This document shows, in pieces, positions 39,258-52,770 of a DNA stretch of 64,000 nt (position 1 is its first letter; every line of letters begins with the position of its first letter). The position numbers were made by a program, and so were the translations under genes. The stretch lies in contig OX597815.1 in the NCBI GenBank assembly GCA_951406725.2, positions 107,632,001 through 107,696,000 on the forward strand, in the 5' to 3' direction. This DNA is from Octopus vulgaris. Lineage: Eukaryota. The notes under the pieces are model-generated. The model saw nothing but the letters and a program-made list of their open reading frames with translations, did no database searches and was not told the DNA's origin.

Positions 39258-40812
39258 AAGGTGGTGAGTTGGCAGAAACATTAGCATGCCAGGCAAAATG
39301 CTTAGCAGTATTTTGTCTGCCATTACATTCTGAGTTCAAATTCTGCCAAGATCGACTTTGTCTTTCATCCATTTGGAGTCAATAAATTAAGTACCAGTTG
39401 CATACTGGGTCGATCTAATTGACTGCACCTCTCCCAAAAATGCTTAGCGGTATTTCGTCTGTCTTTACATTCTCAGTTCAAATTCTGCCAAGGTTGACTT
39501 AGTTTTCCTTGCTTCTGAAGTAAGTATTTCTGTAGTCTTATGGTGGTTATTTTGTAATAGTTTTCTAGCTGTATAAGACCTCTACCACCTTCAATACGTT
39601 GTGTATATATCCTTTCTATGTCAAATTTTGGGTGGTGCATCCTAAATTCTAGCATTATTTTTCTTGTTTTCCTGTCTATTTTGATTAGTTCATTTAGAGT
39701 CTAGTCAAGAATATTTTAGCTGTAATTTATAACTGAGTGTTGATACCTATTATCTTGCTTTTCACATTAAGCTCGGTTTTCAGTATTAACTTTTTCTATA
39801 GTATTCTGTTTTATATTCTCTTTCATTTGTGTGTGTTGTATTATATCTAGATCACCACCACCATCACCATCATCATCATTATTCTTGTGGTGGTGAGTTG
39901 GCAGAATTATTAGCACACCGGGTGAAATGTTTAGCAGCATTTCGTCCATCTTCAGGTTCTGAGTTCAAATTCCACTGAGGTCAACTTTGCTTTTCATCCA
40001 TTTGAGGTTGATAAAATAAGTACCAATTGAGTACTAGGGTCGATGTAATAAAGCTACTCCTCCCTGAAATTGCTGGCCTTGAGCCAAAATTTGAAATCAT
40101 CTTCATCATCATCATCATCATCATTATTATTAAGGTAGTGAGCTGGTTGAATTGATAGCATCCTGGGCAAAATGCTTCATAGCATTTCGTTTGTTTTATG
40201 TTCTGAGTTCAAATTCTGCTGAGGTTGACTTTGCCTTTCTTCCTCTCAGGGTCCTTGAAATAAGTACCAGTTGAGTACAGGGGTCGATATAATTAACTAG
40301 TCCCCTTCCCCGAAATTTAGACCTTGTACCTATAGTAGAAAAGATTATTATTATTATTATTAAGGTGGCGAGCTTGCAGAATCGTTAGCTTACCAGGCAA
40401 AATGTTTAGAAGCATTTCATCTATCTTCGTGTTCTAAGTTCATATTTTGCTTAGGTTGACTTTGCCTTTCATCCTTTTGGGGTTGATAAGTGAAGTATCA
40501 GTGAAACACTGGGATCTATGTAATCGACTAGTCTCCTCCCAAATTTCAGTCCTTGAGCCTTTAGTAGAAAGGATTATTATTATTATTATTGAGTGTGAGA
40601 ACAGTTCATGCGACCAAAGTGACAAGGTCTAAATTTTAGCGAAGGGGTGGGGGGCTAGTTAATTTACATTCTGAGTTCAAATGCCACCAGAGTCAACTTT
40701 GCCTTTTATCCTTTCATGGTCGATAAAATAAAGTACCAGTAGAACACCAAGGTTGATCTAATTGACTTACTCTTTCCTGAAATTGCTGGCCTTGTCCCAA
40801 AATTTGAAACCA
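39258..40812 (+). mobile_element. Cluster of about 6 head-to-tail Meta-like SINE copies
   Basis: Repeated GGTGGCGAGCTGGCAGAA heads at about 39258, 39888, 40131 and 40361 plus partial copies; several separated by (ATT)n/(CAT)n. Confidence 0.8.
39500..39840 (-). pseudogene. R4/Dong-clade LINE fragment
   Basis: RMHHPKFDIERIYTQRIEGGRGLIQLE is characteristic of the post-RT region of R4/Dong elements. Confidence 0.7.
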
Positions 40813-41486
40813 TATAGTAGACAATATTATACTCATATACCAGTCTCACTAATTTTTATAGTCACATTGTTGGAACTGAAAATATAATATAATTAGCTTG
40901 GTGTAAATAAGTTTAAGGAGCTGTTTTCTAAAATTTTATTATCTCTGGGTTGTATTTACAAAATTTCTCAAAAAAAAAAAAAGAATTTATAGCTAAAGAA
41001 ATGTGAAATTTCTGTTACGTTTTAATTAAAATGTTAATTACACCTATTTTCCTTTGAAGTTATTCCACAAGTAATAAGTAATATATCAAAAGGAAAAAGA
41101 TGTTATCAAAATAACTTAATGTTACATCTAAAGAGAATATTAAAAATTTTATGAGAGGATAGACTGTAGCGAAAAAGGTAATAATACTTATTTAAATTTT
41201 CTCCATAACATCCACTTTCTAAACATAGAATAAATACTTATTTAAATATCATAACCTTGGTGTGAATCTTTGGCAATGAAATTTTCCATAAAATTACTAA
41301 ACAAACTATAAAACATCTGGGAATATTAAAGTACTGTAGATCTAGTCTACTCTGGTCTCTCATATTGTAACTTTTGTTTTGATAACATAATAAAATATTC
41401 AGTCAATTAGAGAGATAAAGAAACAGAAAATAAAAACACTAACACTAAACACATACAGTGCTTATGTATACACACACACATTTATA

Positions 41487-41523
<37 letters not shown>

Positions 41524-41552
41524 TTATATATATGCATGCATATACATATATG

Positions 41553-41600
<48 letters not shown>

Positions 41601-41694
41601 CACATATGCACATATATATACATATCTATATGTATGCATATACATATATATATATGTATATATATATATATGTATATATATATATGTATATATA

Positions 41695-41737
<43 letters not shown>

Positions 41738-41861
41738 CACTCTCTCTCTCCACATGTGTGTATGTGTGTCAGCATGTATGTTAGGTACATTCGTATGTAC
41801 ATGCATATAGACACACACACATATATACATACATTGATATACATATATGTATAATGCATAT

Positions 41862-42274
41862 TACTCTTTACTCTTTTACTCTTTTACTTGTTTCAGTCAT
41901 TTGACTGCGGCCATGCTGGAGCACCACCTTTAATCGAGCAAATCGACCCCAGGACTTATTCTTTGTAAGCCTAGTACTTATTCTATCGGTCTCTTTTGCC
42001 AAACCACTAAGTTACGGGGCCGTAAACACACCAGCATCGGTTGTCAAGCAATGTTGGGGGGACAAACACAGACACACAAACTCACACACACATATATATA
42101 CATATACATATATACGACGGTCTTCTTTCAGATTCTGTCTACCAAATCCACTCACAAGGCTTTGGTCAGCCTGAGGCTATAGTAGAAGATACTTGCCCAA
42201 GGTGCCACACAGTGGGACTGAACCCAGAACCATGTGGTTGGTAAGCAAGCTATTTACCACACAGCCACTCCTGT
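41862..42274 (-). mobile_element. Full-length tRNA-derived SINE (third family)
   Basis: Head CAGGAGTGGCTGTGTGGTAA, GGGTTCAGTCCC B box, internal (TG)n and (GTAAAAGA)n tail. Confidence 0.8.
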
Positions 42275-43333
42275 AGTTGTGGCCGATGCTAGTGCTGCCT
42301 GATTGGCTCTCCCACTGGTGGCATGTAAAAAGCACCTTCCGAACATGGTCAATGCCAGCCCCACCCCATGTCCTAATGGGGTAGCCAAGTATCTCCTCTG
42401 TAGTATGACAACTGTCCTAGTCTCTCTTTCATACTTCAACCTCTCACCTGGCACATGGCTACTTTTCTCGGTTTCCCTCTCTCTCAACTGAAAGGCCCTT
42501 GTTTTGCAAGCTACTTGGTGACCCTGTGGGCACCAGTCTCACGTAAAGGCACCCCAGCTGGCACCACATAAAAAGTATATGTGCTGGTGCTACATACAAA
42601 TCGTCCATGGTGGTGCCACCAATAAAGCACCCATGCTGGTACCATGGGAAAAAGCATCTAGTCCACCCTGCAAAGTGGTTGGCATTAGGAAGAGCATCAA
42701 ACAACAGAAACCATGCCAAACAGACAATTGGAGCCTGGTGCTTCTCTCTGGCTTGCCAGCTCCTGTCAAGTTGTCAAACTCATGCCAGCCTGGAAAACAG
42801 ACATTAAATGATGATGATGCTGCTGACTGTGAGGATAATATATTTCTTTATTGCCCACAAGGGGCTAAACATAGAGGGGACAAACAAGGACAGACAAAGG
42901 GATTAAGTCGATTACATCGACCCCAGTGGGAAACTGGTACTTTATTTATCGACCCCGAAAGGATGAAAAGCAAAGTCGACCTAGACAGATAGACACATAT
43001 GCTTACACACACACACACACACACACATGTAGATAGTGATGTGAATAAACAAATAAACAAATAAACCCACTTGGGCTAGATATATACAATATACATACAA
43101 ATGCAAATAGGGAGAAGAAAAAACTGAAAATATTCAGATGAGGAACATTCATGCATGAATCTATAGATATTTATATATTGACAGGGTAGATTTATACACA
43201 CACACACACATATACATATGTGAACACATGTATGTATACAGATATATATATATATATATCAATATATACACACACACACATATATATATATACACACATA
43301 TATATGTATATATACATATATGTATGTATATGC

Positions 43334-43369
<36 letters not shown>

Positions 43370-44137
43370 GCGTGCACACACACACACACACATATGCATA
43401 TATATATATATGTATAGGTATATGCATACATACATATGTGTGCATGGAAATATCAGTATACCAGTCTCACTTGTTTTGATAGTAACAATGCTGGAACTGA
43501 AAAATGAGAATGGAAAGAAAAAAACAAGAAAAAAAACGAACATAACAAAACTTTATTGAAGGTTTGCATGCTTAAGTCCCATTTACAAAATATATTGAGC
43601 GTGCTTGAATCAATTAGTTTCAGACTAGTATAACTTGAGGGGTGGCTAGGAAATGATTGCTTTCCCTGAGCACATTGGTAAAAAGTGACATATTTATAAA
43701 ATATTTTGTTGATGTAAAAATATTATGGATAATAAATTACTTATACATTAGCTGTATTCATTTTTTGATGTTGTAATGTACTATAGAACAAACTTACAAA
43801 TTTCATCCAATGCCACAATTGTAAATAAAACTTAATTTAATACATTGCTCCACAATAAACAACTATAGTTTTATATAATCTTGTCATAGACAGGAAAAGA
43901 GGGATCAACTCGGTTGTTTTGATCTTTCCCTGAAGCTTCATCAGCCTCTCTGTTACCTGTCTGTAACTGATCAAAGTTATACTGAATATGCTTTTATTAA
44001 TGGCTTTATTAAAAGGGATAAACCAATTTGCATAAATGATGCCTTCTTGGCTGCTAGTTTCATTACTGACACATTAGCAGCATTTGATTTTTGATGCCAT
44101 AACATACTATAGAATAAACCTATAGATTTTAGTCAAC

Positions 44138-44182
<45 letters not shown>

Positions 44183-44598
44183 GGAAGTTAAGCATCATAG
44201 TGACCAGTATTATTGTGGATAGTTAGAGGCAGGTAGTCAGTTACTGATGAGATCTCAAAAACGACTGAAATAGTTTCAGTTGACTACTTCATTTCTGTCT
44301 GCAGTGAGACTATATAAAAAAAAATAACACACAAAAAAAAAAATGTTGTTTTTAACTGGCCAGTGTACTTAATTAATGTGCAAGTTTATTCTGTTGTGCC
44401 TTATAAAATTTAAAATGAAACATTTCCAGCCCATTAATAATTAAATTAATCAAACTAAATGCATTAACTAAGCATAATGATCTATCTATTTTAATAGTAA
44501 TAATGTTAGTTATTATATATATATATATATATATATTATTAATAGTTTTAATAATATATAATATATATATATATATTATTAATAGTCTTAATAATAGT

Positions 44599-44663
<65 letters not shown>

Positions 44664-44667
44664 AATA

Positions 44668-44965
44668 TGGAGGTGCAATGGCCCAGTGGTTAGGGCAGCG
44701 GACTTGCGATCAGAGGATCGCGGTTTCGATTCCCAGACCAGGCGTGTTTATTGAGTGAAAACACCTAAAACCTTCACGAGGCTTAGGCAGGGGTTGGTGA
44801 TCCCTGCTGTACTCTTTCACCACTCTTTCTCTCACTCTTTCTTCTGTTGGCCTGCTCACTTAGCCAGCGGGGTGGCGTCGTCTGAAGGCTAAAACAATGC
44901 AAACGCATTGTGACCAGCGATGTGTAGCAACATCTGATGGTCTGGTCGGTCACGGCGATCACAGT
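44668..44965 (+). mobile_element. tRNA-derived SINE (second family)
   Basis: A/B boxes as at 4958; flanked by (TA)n. Confidence 0.75.
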
Positions 44966-45147
44966 GATATATAAATATATATGTGTGTGTATGTGTATGT
45001 GTGTGTATGTGTGGGTGTGTTTAGGCTCAAAATGTAAAAGATTTTCTCACCTCCTGAGCATCAAACTAATACACCTGTTTGTTGCTATACACATGTCTTT
45101 GTCTTTTGTTTTTCGATAAATATCAACTATATATATATATGTGTGTG

Positions 45148-45760
45148 TGTGGAAGAGGTAGACCAAGGAAGACCTGGGATGAGGTGGTGAAGCACGACTA
45201 TCAAACATTGGGTCTCACCGAGGCAATGACAAGTGACCGAGAACTTTGTAGATATGCTGTGCTTGAGAAGACCTGGCAAGCCAAGTGAGACCATAACTGT
45301 GGCCTATGCCAGTGCAGCATAACCAGGTAATTTAAGAGCACCCTTCAATCATTGGGCAATAAACTGCGCTTGCAAAGACCTGTTGAGGCAAGTGAAGTCA
45401 TTGTCTTGGCCGATAATAGTACTACCGAATTGGCACCCATGCCAGTGGCATGTGAAAAGTATCATTCGAGTGTGATCGTTACCAGTGCCACCTGACTGGC
45501 TCCCATGCCAGTGGCATGTAAAAAGCACCATTCGAGCATGGTCGATGTGAATACTGCCTGACTGGCACTCATGCTGGTGACATGTAAAAAGAACTCATTA
45601 CACTCTCAGAGTGGTTGGCGTTAGGAAGGACATCCAGCAGTAGAAACTCTGCCTGATCAGATTGGAGCCTGGTGCAGCCTTCTGGCTTGCCAGCCCTCAG
45701 TCAAACTGTCCAACCCATACCAGCATGGAAAGCGAACGTTGAACAATGATGATGATGATA
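45148..45760 (+). mobile_element. 5'-truncated RTE LINE 3' end
   Basis: GRGRPRKTWDEVV C-terminus, tandem UTR units, (GAT)n tail; further UTR copies at 46120-46420 and 46505-46970. Confidence 0.85.
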
Positions 45761-45764
45761 TATG

Positions 45765-45855
<91 letters not shown>

Positions 45856-45896
45856 ATTTATATATATATGTGTGTATCTATATATATGTTTGTGTG

Positions 45897-45935
<39 letters not shown>

Positions 45936-45966
45936 ATATCCTTGTTTCTCTCCTTTTTTTTTCTGT

Positions 45967-46007
45967 GTCCTTTCTGTAGAAGAGCGTAGGCTCGAAACGT
46001 AAAAGAC
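45967..46007 (+). ncRNA. Hammerhead-like motif with variant core (CUGUAGAA)
   Basis: CTTT-CTGTAGAA-GAGC(GTAG)GCTC-GAAACGTA-AAAG; decayed copy at 32293-32331 (-). Confidence 0.45.
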
Positions 46008-46451
46008 TTTTTCTGTTCCTGAGCGTTATACTAATACATCTATTTGTTTTGTACACCACCTGTCTTCGTCATTTGTTTTTTTCGTAAACTCTCCCTATAT
46101 ATATATATATATGTTTAAAAATGACATTCAAGCATGGTTATTGCCAGTGCTGCCGGACTGACTCCCATGCAGATAGCATGTAAAAAACACCTTTTGAGCA
46201 TGGTCATTGCCAGTACCGCCTGACTGGCCCTCATGCCAGTGGCATGTAAAAACACCCACTACACTCTTGGAGTGGTTGGCGTTAGGAAGGGCATCCAGCA
46301 GTAGAAACTCTGCCAGATCAGATTGGAGCCAGGTGCAACCTTCTGGCTCGCCAGCCTTCAGTCAAACTGTCCAACCCATACCAGCATGGAAAGTGGATGT
46401 TGAACAACGATGAGGATGATATATGTATATATATATGTATCTATATATACA

Positions 46452-46506
<55 letters not shown>

Positions 46507-48595
46507 ATGGTCTGGCCTCTGTGCTGATGGTATGTAAACAGCACCATTCAAGCGTGATCGTTACTTGCGTTGCTTTACTGGCACTTGTGCTGGTGGCACG
46601 TGAAAAAACATTTGAGAAAGGTCGTTGCCAGTGCCACTGGACTGGCTCCTCTGCAGTTGTTGGCACATAAAAAGCAGCATTTGAGCATGACCGATGCCAG
46701 TGCTGCCTGACTGGCACCTGTGCCAGTAGAACGTAAAAAGCACCATTTGAGTGTTGCCGATACCAGTGCCACCTGACTGGCTCTTGTGCCAGTGGCATGT
46801 AAAAATGCCCTCTACACTCTCAGAGTGGTTGGCATTAGGAAGGGCATCCAGCTGTAAAAACCTTGCCAAATCAGAATGGAGGCTGGTGCAGCCTACTGGC
46901 TTGCCAGTTCTCAGTCAAACCATCCGACCCATGCCAGCAGTGATGATGATAATGATGATGATGATGATGATATATGGTTTTGTTGTGGATAGATATGGGT
47001 CATCAGCTGCTGCTGATTAATTCTCATTAAAGATTGGAGCTCAACCAGCTGTTTCCCATATGAAAGCATAAAAAGAGATTTGTTTATGACTTTATGACTG
47101 TCAAATGTGCTTAATTACATTTAATTTACAAATGTAGCCTACGCTGAAATCTATAGTTTTATACCCTAATTCATTATAGTAAATATCAGCGTCATCAATT
47201 ATCACAAAGTTCATTGACTGTACAAATGCTGTTTTCATTGCTATGCGTATCAAACAACCCACTGTTACACACACACATACACACTTGTGCATGCAAATCT
47301 CTATCTGCCACTTACAATACAGAAATGTGTTTTCTATAATTTGATACTTTTTAAAAATAGGGATGGGTCCCCTCATAAACATTATAGCTGAAACCTTCTC
47401 TAAACAATGTTGGTCACAGTCTCAGGTAATTGTGTCATATAAAATGACACTATCACTAAAACATAAAAGGAATGAAAGTAGAATATAGTTGTGTGTATAA
47501 TACCCAGTGAAATATCTTGCATAATTTAAGAGAAATGAGAGTGAATTTACACAAATTGTTTGTTGGTAAGTGAAGGTCAAGTATTATTATCGCAAATAAA
47601 AATTATTATTATAATATATACTTGTTATGTGTTAATAGAGTCTGGTGTTACATAAGCAACCATATAATTGCTTCTTGAACTTCTGGTATAATACAGCTAG
47701 CTCATAAAACACCTGCATAGAATTTATCATCATCTTGCTGTAGGCTACTGTTTGTTAAATATTATAAAGACAATTTTAAGTTTCATTTTCATTTTGTTAT
47801 GAAATTATATGATTGCTGTTGTTAACATGTCTAGAAAAATTTCATAGACATTTATTTTTTACCTGAGAAAGAATCCATAGTGAAAATCAGTAAGATGAAG
47901 TATCTGGAGGATGCACGAAGAAGTTACAAATCAAGAGGAAGAATCATTTAAATATTAAAGACTGAATGTGTCTACTTTTCCTTCTTTAAATATATTATTT
48001 CTACTGCACCAGAGACGGAACTGTCTGAAGACATGCCTTACTGACTTTCAGGCTAGAAGTTGGGGACACTGATTCAAAAACTGATTGTAATAGCAACATT
48101 CATAATTGAAAAGCGTGAAAAAGTGACTTATAAAGATACTGAGAAAAATCTTTCCTGTACTAAATTTTGTTTATACAGTAATAAAACTATCTTATGGAAT
48201 TAACAAAATTATCTTATGGAAAGTGATAGGAAAAAATAAGATGACTCTAACTTAATAGCCTTTACCTTTATGAAACTATAAACAAAAAATCTGGATACAG
48301 TTCTCTTTGTGAAAAACAGATTTTGACATTCGATGATCATTGTATTAAGACTTAGGTTGCTCAAGTACAAATGAATGCACTTATTAATGTAATTATCAAA
48401 TGTAATATATTAATGAAGCAACATTTAATACTGAGTGATCAAAGCATAACATATATTGACCTTGACATAAAAATGATTTGATGCAGGTTTTTGGAGGCCA
48501 AATTCTATGAGAGATAATAGCTAAAATCATGGTAGCTGAATACTTTGCAAAAACCAATTGATTTCCACAGAACTGGTCAATTTTATTTATCTTTC

Positions 48596-48646
<51 letters not shown>

Positions 48647-48713
48647 AATAATTAACAGAATGAGATAAAATTTTCAAGGCTGTTAAAGATTTCAGAACAT
48701 TTATAAAGAGAAG

Positions 48714-48761
48714 GTCTTACAGCTGTTTCCAGGATAATTTATATATCATTTCATCAGAGAC
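48714..48761 (-). ncRNA. Minimal type I hammerhead ribozyme (Penelope-type)
   Basis: Minus strand GTCT-CTGATGA-AATGATA(TATAAAT)TATCCTG-GAAAC-AGCT-GTA-AGAC; intact core and palindromic stem III loop. Confidence 0.75.
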
Positions 48762-48896
48762 GGTGCGACAAAATAATGATTAAGCAATAGTTATTATAGA
48801 GAAGATATGAAATACAGAATGAAGCGGAGGAATGAAAACAGATGTGAGATATGGAAGGATGTTGTATCTGATATACATATATATATATATATACAG

Positions 48897-48958
<62 letters not shown>

Positions 48959-49543
48959 TATATATATATATATATATATACATGGCTATCAAAATATCAT
49001 TGCATACAAAGTATGTGAGGTTTAATTTCTTATATGTCAAATGGTAATTTCCATGTGATGGCCTTCTCTCTATGATGATATATTTGCTCTACTCTGTACA
49101 TTTTGCAGGTATGTGAGTGTGTGTGTATTTATGGGTGTGTATGAGTAAATGCATGTCATATGTGTGTGTTTGCATGTGTGTGCATGTGTGCTTGCTTGTA
49201 TATGTGTTTGTGTGTATGCACAGGTTGGTGCATGAGTGTATGCATGCATGTGTTCAAGTAATCTAATGGATACCCCAGAAGCCTGAAATATCATGGGCAC
49301 CTTAAAGGAATTGGTTTGTTGAAGTCTCTACAGCCTCTTTTAAAAAATAACTTTTACCTTTATTTATATAAACAAAAACAAAAACATGAATGAGTAGAAT
49401 TGCATAGGTGGAAATGCTTGTAATTTTTAATTACACTTTTTTTTTTGAGCTGATTTTTGTCACTGATACGTGCAGGCATGTCTGTGTAGTCAAGCAGTTC
49501 ACTTCATAACCACATAGTTTTGGGTTCAGTCCACTGCATGATA

Positions 49544-50834
49544 TTGGGTTGGCAACTAAGTTCCCGCCATTTTTATGAATCTAAATTTCTTAAAAGGTTT
49601 AATAAAAAGCAACAACTATTTAATCAATAATATATTCACCCTTGTTGTTTACAACTTCTTCCCAATGTTCAACAAGATTTTCAATACCTCGTTGGTAGAA
49701 ATCACCCGATTTTGACTCAAAAAATTTTATCCAACCAAGCTTTCAATTCTGCATCAGTATTGAATGAAACTCCATGCAAAGCATTTGAAAGAGATCAAAA
49801 GAGGTGGAAATCTGTTGGTGCCAAATCAGGAGAGTACGACAGGTGTGGCAGCACTTTCCAGCTATGTGTTTGAATGGCTTCCTTGGTCATATTGATGATA
49901 TGAGGGCAGGCGTTGTCGTGCAACAGAAGATCTCCATGCTGCTGATTAGGTCTTTTCTCTTGAATAGCCATGTTGAGTCATTCCATCTGTTGAACATAGA
50001 GCTCCACATTGACCATTTAGTTCCATTCAAGCAATTTGTAATGAATAATCCCTTCCCAGTCCCACCATATGCACAACATTGTTTTATGCGGATGAAAATC
50101 TTGTTTCACACACAGTGTTGCTTGTTTACTGGGGCTAAGCCATTCCTTATGCTGCTTCATATTGATGTACAGGCACCTGTTTTCATTGCCAGAAATGATT
50201 CGGTAAAGAAATCATTGCTTGTGTCCATGAGTTGAGCGGTGACAAGCAAGCAAACCAGTGGAGATTGTGGCTCGTTGATTTTTGTTGTTGTCACTTAAAG
50301 CATGTAGAACCCATGCTCCATACTTGTGAACCTTTCCCATCAAGTGAAGATGCTTCTCTACAGCAGTGTGGGAGCAATCCATTTTCTCTGCCAGTTCCCT
50401 TGTCATTTGACAAGAATTTTCGTGCAAAAGTTGGTTTAATCGCTCTTGTTCAAACTCAACTGGACAGCCAGAACGAGGTGCATCTTTGAGGTCAAAATTT
50501 CCATTTTTGAACTTGGCATACCAATCACGAGCGGTTCTTTCAGCTATGGCACCCTCTCCATAGACAGCATAAATGTTATGAGCAACTTTTGCAGCCTTAG
50601 AACCTTGATTAAAAGCAAAAAGAAGGAGGTGTTGAAAATACTCGTTTTTCCTAACTTGACAATCCATTTTAATGATCTGAAATAAACAAAAATTAACTAA
50701 AATTAACAAGAAAAAAACAAAATAGATTCCAAAATGATTCAAAAATTGAATTCTCAAAAAAATAGATTCCAAAATTTAAAAAGGTATTAAATTCCAAAAT
50801 TTAAAAAACGGCAGGAACTTAGTTGCCAACCCAC
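49544..50834 (-). mobile_element. Full-length mariner (mellifera-subfamily-like), decayed transposase at 49620-50667
   Basis: About 31-bp TIRs TTGGGTTGGCAACTAAGTTCCCGCCATTTTT / AAAAACGGCAGGAACTTAGTTGCCAACCCAC; TA TSD; length 1291 bp. Transposase MDCQVRKNEYFQHLLLF..AVYGEGAI..WYAKFKNG..DAPRSG, WVLHAL (WVPHEL), C-terminus GEYIID*; contains stops. Confidence 0.92.
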
Positions 50835-51889
50835 TATATTGAGCAAGTGTCTTCTGTTATAGCCATGGCCCAAACAAAGCCTTGTGGATAGATTTGATTG
50901 ATGTGTATGAAAGACAACTATTGAAATGAAAGTAATAAAACTTCTGGTTTTGACCAAAAACCTCATGTGACATTAGTTCTGTCCAAGTTATACAGATAAA
51001 CCTTCATCCTTGTTGTCCTAGTAAATGTAGTGAGCCAGTGATTGGCTCTCCAACCAATGGTGTTTTTGTTCATAAGGTGGAACTTCTATAGAGTTGTTCA
51101 AAGTACTAGAAATCTCAAGTGTACTGTCTTAAAGAATGAGTGCCTTGGATACTTTTGTCCAAAGTACACAAGACCTAAATTAATAAAGAGAGAATCGTCA
51201 TGGCTTGGAATGCTGTTAACCATAATTCTGACTGATTGAGTTTAATTTTGAGAAAACATCATAGCTTAAGTGAGATTTGGCAGATCAATATTATTTATTT
51301 CATCAGGAGTCAGTTTTCCAATTTTTCTAAACTCATGGGAAAATATACATTGTGGCAATTAATGAAATTAATTTAAAATTAATATGGTGATATAGAAGAA
51401 AGAATATTTAAATTGTCTTGAGGGAAATCTTAATAAAAAGAGAGGTAAACAAGACAGAGACAGAAAAATAGTTAGAAGCTAAATGGCATTTGAGAAAAGG
51501 TTAACTTAATATTATGACCTGAGGCAGAAATTTAAACTGACAAATAAGCACTTGTTTCAAAAATTCTTGCTAATGATTGAATGTGCAGAAACATCAAACA
51601 TGTTTATCTGTAAACCAAATCACACACACATCAGTTAAAAAAATGCATTTGCAACATTGGGGTGTATGTAGAATTTACAAAAGGCTTCTAACTGAAAATG
51701 TTTAGAGGCCTCCAATGCCTGATTGAATTGGAAGGCACAGTGGAGAGCATGCAAGCCTCCTGCTGTTTATTATAATTCTCCAGGCTATAAAAATGTAGCT
51801 CCAGAGTGGTTGTATATAGGCACTTGTGTATGCCATTAACCTAGTTCTAATAGCTTAATCTGTTTGAATGATTTGTGAAGAAGTTCAAA

Positions 51890-52770
51890 ACATGGAAGCA
51901 AATTCAAGAATTGAGAGATCTTTGAGTAAGCCTAGCAAAGACAGAAGTTATATTTAATAGACAAAAAAAAAGAAGACATGACTCGACTCTACTGCTGCTT
52001 AGCAAGTAACACTGTTTGATATACAGAAGATGGGTAGGAAGTCCATGCAGTGTAACCAGTGTGTATGGGTGCACAAACGGTGCAGTAGCTTCACAGATTT
52101 CAGAGGCGGGCTAACAATGAAGAAAGATTTTATATGAAGCAGATGTGCAAAAGTAGTTGGCAGTAAAAGCACTAATGAAATATATTCTTTCAAATGCTTG
52201 GAAGGCAATTTAGAAGTAGTTGATAACTTCTGTTACCTAGGTGACCTAATTAACAGTGATAGTGGATGTTCTGAAAAAATAGTAGCCGTATTAAGAATAC
52301 ATTGGAAAAAGTCCAGGGAGTTACTAACTTTGTAAGCAACAAACTAATTCTATTTCCAATTGAAGGACAGATTGTATGAAATTTGTGGATGTAGTACAAT
52401 GTTTCTTGGTAACAAAACATGAATATTGATTACAGATGTGGAGAATATTGACGGGAATCTACTCTGCTTGATGTGTAATGTTTGTAAATATGAATACTAG
52501 AGTACAAATGAAGTGAGAAAAACCAGGAGGCAGGGGAGTTATTAGAGGTGGAGTAGAAAAGAGAAGACTGAGGATGGTAGTTAGGTGAGAAAGAACTAAA
52601 GAAAGTACTAAGCAATCCAAGAGGAAGGAACCTGTTTGGGAGGAATCCTAAGAAAGACATATGAGAAAAGTGATGAAGGCTGATATAAGGAGACTGGAAT
52701 TGCTCGAAGATGTCACAGGATTGTAACATATGGAGAGACACTACACCGAAGAAGATCCACTCAAATAGTG
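51890..52770 (+). pseudogene. Decayed RTE LINE C-terminal region with PHD-like Cys cluster
   Basis: SMQCNQCVWVHKRCS..FI*SRC followed by LEVVDNFCYLGD..GCS..WKK; multiple stops and frameshifts. Confidence 0.7.

Noticed and set aside
43895-43952. Minus-strand CTGATGA with flanking stem AGAGAGG/CCTCTTT
   Set aside because: No properly placed GAAA and no convincing stem II.
44233-44288. Hammerhead-like motif GTAGTCAGTT-A-CTGATGA..GAAA..TTC-AGTTGACTAC
   Set aside because: A 10-bp outer stem is present, but the register is off by one and stems II and III are mismatched; at best a decayed copy.
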